Below, piece by piece: positions 56,636 through 64,000 of a DNA stretch of 64,000 bases. Position 1 is the stretch's first letter. Each line of letters starts with the position of its first letter. Under the pieces are notes generated by a model that was given only the letters and a program-made list of their open reading frames with translations, was not told where the DNA came from and made no database searches. A program made the position numbers and the translations under genes. The DNA comes from an uncultured Nitrososphaeraceae archaeon. Lineage in GTDB: Archaea > Thermoproteota > Nitrososphaeria > Nitrososphaerales > Nitrososphaeraceae. The stretch is from NCBI GenBank assembly GCA_963729045.1, contig CAVSMN010000015.1:64001-128000 (forward strand), given 5' to 3'.

Positions 56636-57055
56636 CTACTCACCAATAATCTTAACAAGGACCCTTTTCTTTCTATTTCCATCAAATTCTCCATAAAAGA
56701 TTTGTTCCCAAGGACCAAAGTCTAATTTGCCTTTTGTAATTGCGACAACCACTTCCCTACCCATGATTTGCCGTTTTAGGTGGGCATCAGCATTTTCTTC
56801 ACCCGTATCATTATGTCTATAATGATTAGTAGGTTCATGCGGTGCTAATTTTTCTAACCATTCATGGAAATCACGATGTAATCCTGCTTCATCATCGTTG
56901 ATAAATATGCTAGCTGATATATGCATTGAATTAATTAAACACAAACCTTCTTTGATTCCGCTTAGATTCAAGATCTTTTCCACTTCGGGGGTTATATTGA
57001 TTAGCTGGAACCTTGATTTGGTATTGAATGTTAGATATTCAGTAGTCGATTTCAT
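56636..57055 (-). CDS. yjbQ: YjbQ/UPF0047 family protein
   Basis: [20 protein letters not shown] and G.WEQIFY.EFDG.R. Confidence 0.92.
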   Translation of the reverse strand: MKSTTEYLTFNTKSRFQLINITPEVEKILNLSGIKEGLCLINSMHISASIFINDDEAGLHRDFHEWLEKLAPHEPTNHYRHNDTGEENADAHLKRQIMGREVVVAITKGKLDFGPWEQIFYGEFDGNRKKRVLVKIIGE

Positions 57056-57205
57056 TTAATTAGAAACAATTTCTCAATATAATAATCTAATCATTTTGAA
57101 TTCTGTTCTTAGTCAGTATACAAAAAGAAATCATGCGCTTAAATCCAGAAAAGCCAAAAAAAAGTATTGAAAAAAAAGTAAAACCCCTGTGGGGTCTATA
57201 TTATT

Positions 57206-57568
57206 TTAGTCAGTGCTGTTTTGGAGAGCAGTTGTAGATGCTAATGGATTTTCGCTTTCAGATGCACCTAATGGAGCACTATCTCCTCCTTTCAATGGGG
57301 ATAAACAATCACCATTTTGTTGTGCATTGAAATTAAGACTGTTACCAGTTAAAGCATTAAATTCTGGTGCTATAGATTGTGCGTCAGAACCACTTGCTTG
57401 GTCTTGTGATGGGCCCTGTTCTGCTGAACTAGTTGCTTCTTGTCCTAGTGCACTATTACCAGAACAGAATTCTTCTTGAACAACAGTTGCTGATACATTT
57501 GGAATATACATTCCAACAATTCCTGCTACGAGTAAGGCTGAAACTATTCCTGTTAATATTTTGTTCAT
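57206..57568 (-). CDS. Secreted low-complexity protein
   Basis: MNKILTG.. signal peptide, S/A/Q/N-rich mature part with two Cys. Confidence 0.65.
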   Translation of the reverse strand: MNKILTGIVSALLVAGIVGMYIPNVSATVVQEEFCSGNSALGQEATSSAEQGPSQDQASGSDAQSIAPEFNALTGNSLNFNAQQNGDCLSPLKGGDSAPLGASESENPLASTTALQNSTD

Positions 57569-58411
57569 CAGGTTGAAAACTCTTATATCATATTTACCCA
57601 TTTTTTAACAATGTTTGGATGAATTATCTTGACCTATCATAGATGATAATATTAGTATGGCAATCTATTTTATTTTGTTCTTTAAAACTTATTAGTAATA
57701 TATTTAATTAATCTTTTACATTGCTTTTTTGTTTTAGATTAGATTTTCATCCTCGCTCTAAAGATCCTATTATGATATTGGAATACTTAAAAATGTTACC
57801 GTTATTATTATCGACACAAATCATATCCTCTAAAAAAGAATAATTCTCTCCTTTGAATAATTAGAGTTGGATTAAAATCACAAGAGTAAAACATCATTGA
57901 ATTTATAGATTAGTTTGCATCTAAATACATAATATAATTGGATTCTTAGTTTAACGAATTTTAGAATAATTTAGACTTTTTTATACTGTTCCTAAATGAG
58001 TAATTTTACCAAAGTATTATGCACCAAGTATTTATCACTTTGATGTCTAAGTACATAATCCTCATAAATTACTTGTACTACTATATAACTACCCTGTAAA
58101 TTGACACTTTTTTGATAGCGACTCTTGCACCAACTGCGCTTAGATAATCATCATGAAAACAAATCCAGATGTGGTTGTCATAAAAAACCGGCCAATATTA
58201 GAGAATCTTAAAATAATTTCCTATATTGCGTAAAATATTTTACAACAGTTGATATCTTTTAAAATATTCATTTTTACTACTTGTTCTTGACGAAAAACTT
58301 GATACATTTTGGCAAGAATAATTACTTACGTGTGACGGGAAAATAATTTGAATTTACATATTAAAGTAAACCACTCCCTTAAATAAGACCATATAATTTA
58401 TTACCTGAAAA

Positions 58412-59875
58412 GTGGTTGGTAGGATTGGAATTATGATTGATTTCAAACCTCCAATTTTTCCTTTTACCATAGAAAATCTATCTAAATCTATCAGGACTGG
58501 CGAGTTACTTCCTTCGGAATTGACAGGATTATGCCTAGATCGAATTGAAAAATTCAATCATATACTAAATTCATTCATAACTCTTCGGAGTGAAGAAGAA
58601 ATTTTTGAAATTGCCGAAAAATGTGATAAACGGGCAAAACTAAATAATCTTTTGGATCCTTTGGATGGAATTCCATACTCAATTAAAGATATGATTCACG
58701 CAAAGCACCTCAAATTTACTGCAGGGTCAAAATTTTATTCTGATTACGTTTCTAGTACTACAGCGTCAGTTGTAAAAATCTTGAATAAAAAAGGGGCAAT
58801 TCTTATAGGGACAAATAATCAAAACGAATTTGCATCAGGAATTACTGGCAAAAATTATACCTTCGGAGACTCAAAAAATCCTTTCGATTTATCGAGAATA
58901 TCTGGAGGTTCTAGTGGCGGTTCTACTGTTGCCGTTGCCTCTGGTATGGTTGTATTTTCTTTAGGAACAGATACAGGTGGTTCTGTCAGAGTTCCAGCTT
59001 CTCTTTGTGGTTTAGTGGGTATGAAGCCAACCTTTGACTTGATAAGTACTTCTGGCGTATTCCCACTTTCACCATCCTTAGATCATATTGGGTGGTTGAC
59101 AAGGAGTGTGTGGGATGCGAATTTAATTTTTAAAAGTCTATACGATTCTAAAAACTTCAAAAAGGTAAAAAAAAATACATTGTTAACCCACAAACCTTTG
59201 AGAACATCAGAATTAGTAGTAGGAATTCCAAAGAGATATTTTCTAAAAGTCATGGATTCTCGGATTAAGAAAATGTTTATTGATTTCATTCAGAATGTTT
59301 CACAAACTCCAATTCTCGTAAAAAATTTTGATATAAAGTATACAAATAATTTTTTCTCAAGTTGGAAGACGGTGAGATTGTATGAGGCTTCAATGATTCA
59401 TGCAGATAAGCTTGAATCAGATGCTGGCCAATTTGGGTCTGATGTGATGAAAATGCTCGTCGAGGGAACTCGTATTAGCATTGATGATTACATTCGTGCC
59501 AACAAACAAATAAGAAATATTAAGCATGAATTTATGAACCTTTTTAGTAGTGGAATTAAAGCTATTCTAATACCAACTACTGTTATACTGGCACCAAAGT
59601 TACGAAAAGTCAATATAAAAATTGATGGTCTCCAACTGAATGTTCGAAAGGCCTTACTGAGGAATACAGTTTTATTTAATAGTATCGGACTTCCAGCAAT
59701 TTCAATTCCACTGGGATTTGTTACTGAAAAATCAAATATACTTCCCGTGGGCATACAAATAATTGGTCCCCAGTATGAAGATCGTTTAGTTTTGTTTGTG
59801 GCAAAAAAGATAGAGGAACTCGTTGGATCAAATAGCAATTTGGATTCAGTAATTAGGAAAGAGGTTCAATTTTAA
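58412..59875 (+). CDS. Amidase-signature family enzyme
   Basis: GIPYSIKD (catalytic Lys), GGSSGGS and GTDTGGSVRVPA. Confidence 0.92.
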   Translation: MVGRIGIMIDFKPPIFPFTIENLSKSIRTGELLPSELTGLCLDRIEKFNHILNSFITLRSEEEIFEIAEKCDKRAKLNNLLDPLDGIPYSIKDMIHAKHLKFTAGSKFYSDYVSSTTASVVKILNKKGAILIGTNNQNEFASGITGKNYTFGDSKNPFDLSRISGGSSGGSTVAVASGMVVFSLGTDTGGSVRVPASLCGLVGMKPTFDLISTSGVFPLSPSLDHIGWLTRSVWDANLIFKSLYDSKNFKKVKKNTLLTHKPLRTSELVVGIPKRYFLKVMDSRIKKMFIDFIQNVSQTPILVKNFDIKYTNNFFSSWKTVRLYEASMIHADKLESDAGQFGSDVMKMLVEGTRISIDDYIRANKQIRNIKHEFMNLFSSGIKAILIPTTVILAPKLRKVNIKIDGLQLNVRKALLRNTVLFNSIGLPAISIPLGFVTEKSNILPVGIQIIGPQYEDRLVLFVAKKIEELVGSNSNLDSVIRKEVQF

Positions 59876-59990
59876 TTCTCAATTGATTATCAAGAAAAAG
59901 AACAAAGTCTGATTTGTTAGTTTTTTTTTGCATGTGATGATTAAATAGATCTAGATATTGATTATGTTAAATGACGCCTCAAGCTCATTC

Positions 59991-60010
59991 AACAAATGTA
60001 TACAGTTGTT
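59991..60010. promoter_or_regulatory. Candidate palindromic operator upstream of creatininase-family gene
   Basis: AACAAATGTATACAGTTGTT is 18/20 self-complementary and lies just upstream of the TATA-like box at about 60043. Confidence 0.4.
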
Positions 60011-60071
60011 TGAATTTATGTTGATGATAATTTAAGATGAAAATTTAAAGTATAGTAAATTCTTTTAGAAT

Positions 60072-60885
60072 GTGATTGATTTAATGGATAAAAAACTTCT
60101 ATTAGAAGAAATGAATGCGAATCAGGTTAAGAATGTCGTCAACGACAATTCAATTGCTTTCATTATTCTCGGTTCATGTGAAAATCACGGGAACCATCTA
60201 CCTTTTGGTTCTGACTCTATATTCCCAATGAATCTTGCGAAAATCATATTAGAAAAAATTGACATCGACAATCCCTCATCAGATCATAAGTATTTCATCT
60301 TGCCTGTCGTGCCCTACGGAGTTAGTATACATCACAATGATTTTCAAATGACCATTAGTCTAAAATTTTCAACAATGATTTCTGTAATAGAGGACTTGCT
60401 AGATAGTTTGGCAAAAAATGAGATCAAAAAAGTACTTGTAATAAATGGTCATGACGGTAATATTGCACCGATTGAAGTCAGCTTCTCGAAATTTAAAAGA
60501 CAAGTATCCTGATATGGTTATTGCTTGTCTTGAATCATGGTGGGTATTAGTTGGACAAAAAAACACAGATATCTTCAATGTGTGGAAGGGGCTAGGTCAC
60601 GGTGGGGAAGCAGAAACATCCGCTATGATGGCTACAAGACCTGATTTAGTTGACCTAAAGTCGGCACCAGACCAGATTATTCCGAACCTACCTGGCGATG
60701 ATATTCGACTTTACTGGAAATTTAGTGAGTTGACCGGGACCGGGGCAACTGGTGCTCCCAGAGAGGCATCGGTTCAAAAGGGACAAGAAATTATAGAAAT
60801 TCTCGAAAGAGTTGTTTTAGATTTCATAAACAAGATGAATGCCAGTAATTGGAAATATGGGGTATCGACAAGTAATTTCGAGTAG
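60072..60885 (+). CDS. Creatininase-family amidohydrolase, +1 frameshift at about 60478
   Basis: GSCENHG.HLP.G.D, YGVS.HH, NGHDGN and HGGEAETS. Confidence 0.9.
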
Positions 60886-61066
60886 ATTTTTTATCAATTT
60901 CAGGACTTTATTGCCATCATCATTAATTGTTATCCTGATGTCTGTTTGCTGACCATCATTTCATGAGGAATATGCATCATTTAATCAAAGGAGTAACCAA
61001 TTTGTATTTTGATCCGATAGTAAAAGTATGAATGTATTTGTATTGTTTTCCCAATCTTGAAACTTT

Positions 61067-61693
61067 CTATGATAGTCTCTGTGCCAATTCGGATACTCTT
61101 TTTCCTAGTGCTCGCGCTACTTTGGTATCTGCCTCTGTAATTTCTTTATTTGACATAGGTCCTACAATTCTACTAGGGCCATAGGGACTTCCACTCTGAG
61201 TTAATTCGGGAACCGCATAAGGGACGCCCACAATTATCATTCCATGATGAAGCATAGGAAACATCATCGAAATAGCAGTCGTCTCTTGACCTCCATGGAC
61301 TGAAGCCGCTCCAGTAAAGACTGCCCCTAGCTTGTCAATAAGCGATCCCTTCATCCACAATTCGCTAGTTCGATCCCAGAGAGCCTTCATAGGTGCAGCC
61401 ATATTTCCAAATCTAGTAGGTGACCCAAAAATAATTGCATCATAATTGGGCATTTCCTTTACCAAATCTTCGACTTCACTAGTTGGATATCTATTAGTCA
61501 AGTCTTCTACAGTTTTTGACCACTCGGGGTTTTGTGAAATTACTTCAGCCGGAACGTCATCTGCAATTCTTCGAAGTGTTACACTAGTATTTGGAACCTC
61601 CTTTGCTCCATATGCAATTTCCTCGGCCATTTCAGCAGTGTTTCCATATCTTGAATAAAAAAGGATAAGAATTTTTGAGAATTTTTCAGACAT
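61067..61693 (-). CDS. wrbA: NAD(P)H:quinone oxidoreductase WrbA
   Basis: YSRYGNT, GSPTRFGNM, HGGQETT, HHGM and GSPYG. Confidence 0.93.
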   Translation of the reverse strand: MSEKFSKILILFYSRYGNTAEMAEEIAYGAKEVPNTSVTLRRIADDVPAEVISQNPEWSKTVEDLTNRYPTSEVEDLVKEMPNYDAIIFGSPTRFGNMAAPMKALWDRTSELWMKGSLIDKLGAVFTGAASVHGGQETTAISMMFPMLHHGMIIVGVPYAVPELTQSGSPYGPSRIVGPMSNKEITEADTKVARALGKRVSELAQRLS

Positions 61694-61917
61694 GATTAAT
61701 TAGTTTTTATTAAATTATATAAATTACATATATACATAAAGTTACAATTTGTCATATCCTCGACTTTAACGATTTGTGAAAAAAGGGCAGTGCCTACACT
61801 GATCCATGCCTACGCTCAGCTTCATTTGATAGCTTTAAGGAAGTTCATTTCAGGGACGTAGACCATGTCAAGACTGGATAAAACTTAATAATCGTAATTC
61901 CTAATACCGACTAATAA

Positions 61918-62235
61918 TTGGGAATTCTAAGTTTCTTGATAGGTTTAGTGATATCTACTTTTCTAATTTATGTAGTTACAAAGTTGATGGGTGAAAAAGA
62001 GGGATTTAAAACTGCCTTCTTTGCTGCTCTTTTAGGCTCAATTATGTTTGGAATTGTTAGTTATGTATTTGGATATGGCTTTCTTGCAGCCGCTATAGGG
62101 GGTATTATATGGTTGATATCACTCAAGTGGCTTTATAGCACAGGATGGCTCAAGGCTATATTGATTGCCGTGGTTATTTGGATCGTAGTATCAATAGTTG
62201 GCATCTTTTTGCCAACATTTCCAAATCCATTTTAG
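61918..62235 (+). CDS. Small four-TM hypothetical protein
   Basis: Almost wholly hydrophobic 105-aa ORF. Confidence 0.7.
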   Translation: MGILSFLIGLVISTFLIYVVTKLMGEKEGFKTAFFAALLGSIMFGIVSYVFGYGFLAAAIGGIIWLISLKWLYSTGWLKAILIAVVIWIVVSIVGIFLPTFPNPF

Positions 62236-62572
62236 CTTTTCCAAATGTTTTCGAATTTTAAAACATAGAGATTTCTATTTCTATAACTTTATTCAATTTC
62301 AGCTGGGATCATTGAAATTTTAGTGGAGATATTAGAACCAAGAAACTTGTCATCATGTTTCCATCTGTCATATTCAATAACTTGTTTTTCTATCTTTGAG
62401 CATGTTCTAAGCTTAAAAAAGGGTAATCAACCGTTTTATATAACCACCATACTCCATAATCCTAAGTTTGTCTTGAGAATCGACTAATTGATCTTTAGTT
62501 ATTGGTACTGTCTAATTACTTCAACAAATGAATGCAATCTCAAATATATCTTATTTTAGTTACTAGCTATGG

Positions 62573-63211
62573 ATGATTGACCTGCAATTTGTATTTATTT
62601 ATTATCCACAAATAACACTTTTTCTTGATTATTTTGGTACAGTAGCATTTGCAATTACAGGAGCATTCAAAGCAATAGAACAAAAAGCCGACATCGTAGG
62701 AGTAATTATCCTTGCTAGTGTTACGGGGCTTGCAGGCGGATTGATACGAGATGTCATTTTTGGACAGTATCCTCCCACTGCCTTATCAAATCCTATGTAT
62801 CTGATTCTATGCTTCATTACAGGCTTTTCGATATTTTTCCTATATCCTCGATTGAAAAAACATTGGAATATTTTTCTAAAATGTGATGCGATAGGGTTAG
62901 GGGTATTCACGGTGATTGGAGCAGGCATTGCATATTCTATCTTTGGTCCAAACTTCCTCTTAGTTTCCATTGGAGGTCTGATTACAGCTACGGGAGGAGG
63001 AATTCTAAGAGACGTTCTAGTAAATGAAGTTCCTTTGGTATTTGTTAGAGAACTTTATGCAACAGCTAGTTTCGTAGGAGTAATTATTTTCTTTGTATTG
63101 ATAATTTTGTCCGATCCAGTTACTGCAGCAATCGTTGGAATTATTTCAGCTACTGGTATTAGGTTATTAGCCATAAAATATGCATGGAATTTACCTAAGG
63201 TAAAAACTTGA
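62573..63211 (+). CDS. TRIC channel / UPF0126 (YadS-like) membrane protein
   Basis: G..AFAI.GA, GGLIRD, DAIGLG.F, GGGILRD and ELYA. Confidence 0.9.
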   Translation: MIDLQFVFIYYPQITLFLDYFGTVAFAITGAFKAIEQKADIVGVIILASVTGLAGGLIRDVIFGQYPPTALSNPMYLILCFITGFSIFFLYPRLKKHWNIFLKCDAIGLGVFTVIGAGIAYSIFGPNFLLVSIGGLITATGGGILRDVLVNEVPLVFVRELYATASFVGVIIFFVLIILSDPVTAAIVGIISATGIRLLAIKYAWNLPKVKT

Positions 63212-63457
63212 TATTCAAAAGCAACGACTGTTTTCGTATTTACTATTTCCGGTTTGCAACAATTTGATCTTGTAAGCAGGAGAGTAATTGGTTTCAGCAT
63301 TGACTCCAGGTTTTGATACTTAGCCCATATTTGATGTCCGTCCGTCTACCAAAACGAGTTGCACCGAAAACCAAAATTTTATTAACTAGGGCATTAGCAA
63401 AGTTTAATTCCAATAATCGTTAAAAGTACGATATAAATTGCTGTACATGAATAGGAG

Positions 63458-64000
63458 ATGCTTGGATATCAATTGATTTCTAATAATGTTCCTTTAAAAA
63501 AAAACAATATAACAAAAAGTAATGAAAGACCCTCTAATACTATAGTCACTGTTAATCCTGCTACTGAAGAAATTATTAAAGAATATAGATTAATATCAAA
63601 GGATGAAATTACAACTTTAGCTAATAAATCTAAAAAAGCTTTCAAAGAATGGAAAAAGGACTATCGTAAGAGAACGGGCTTTCTATATGCCTTTGCTAAT
63701 GAATTTAAGAAAGAAAAGGAAAGACTAGCTCGAATAGCCACCTCAGAGATGGGAAAAACCGTTAAAGAAGCCAGATCTGAAATAGACAAGTGTATTTGGG
63801 CTGTAGAATATTTTGCAGACAACGGCGGAGTCTTTTTACATGATGAAGTTATTAATACAGACGCCAGGAAATCTATAGTCACATTTGAACCGTTAGGGGT
63901 AATCGCAAGTCTGATGCCCTGGAATTTTCCCTATTGGCAGGCACTTAGATTCGCTGCACCGTCACTGATAGCAGGTAATACCATTATCTTGAAACCTTCC
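63458..64000 (+). CDS. NAD(P)-dependent aldehyde dehydrogenase (succinate-semialdehyde dehydrogenase-like), 3'-truncated
   Basis: TVNPATEE, EMGK and EPLGVIA..MPWNFP.WQ..RFAAP.L.AGN..ILKPS; runs off the window end. Confidence 0.9.
   Translation, partial: MLGYQLISNNVPLKKNNITKSNERPSNTIVTVNPATEEIIKEYRLISKDEITTLANKSKKAFKEWKKDYRKRTGFLYAFANEFKKEKERLARIATSEMGKTVKEARSEIDKCIWAVEYFADNGGVFLHDEVINTDARKSIVTFEPLGVIASLMPWNFPYWQALRFAAPSLIAGNTIILKPS

Noticed and set aside
995..63882. Many short ORF-track entries overlapping well-supported genes (e.g. 995-1306, 21322-21627, 33712-33936, 53340-53615, 59488-59838, 62629-62970)
   Set aside because: Antisense or alternative-frame shadows with no recognisable motifs.

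Overview
AT-rich chromosomal segment of an ammonia-oxidising archaeon (Nitrososphaeraceae; the AT richness and gene order fit Ca. Nitrosocosmicus best, which is an inference). The core content is amoX-amoA and amoB, separated by the 2-oxoacid:ferredoxin oxidoreductase genes, plus lig, pdxS/pdxT, cdc48, PAC2, rps13-rps4, glmS, wrbA, tRNA-Thr(GGU) and a tRNA-Leu(UAA) with two BHB introns. Two accessory regions are present. The first is a decayed island of about 8 kb at tRNA-Thr with an SSV1-type split integrase, whose cargo modules are punctuated by a recurring GGGGGTGTTTTTTCTTA motif, including a perfect 22-bp inverted repeat. The second is a signalling region at about 45-55 kb (response regulator, histidine kinase, MinD/ParA, multi-TM protein, expanded TPR array). 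Most notable candidates: (1) a graspetide-type ATP-grasp ligase with a RiPP-leader-like PFVFNFIE segment fused to its N-terminus and no visible precursor; (2) a lipoyl-lysine-less GcvH/LbpA-TusA fusion convergent with a rhodanese; (3) the repeat-delimited integrase island; (4) two Cys-rich microproteins below the ORF-track cutoff. About ten otherwise intact genes are split by mostly +1 single-base insertions, which looks like consensus sequencing error rather than biology.
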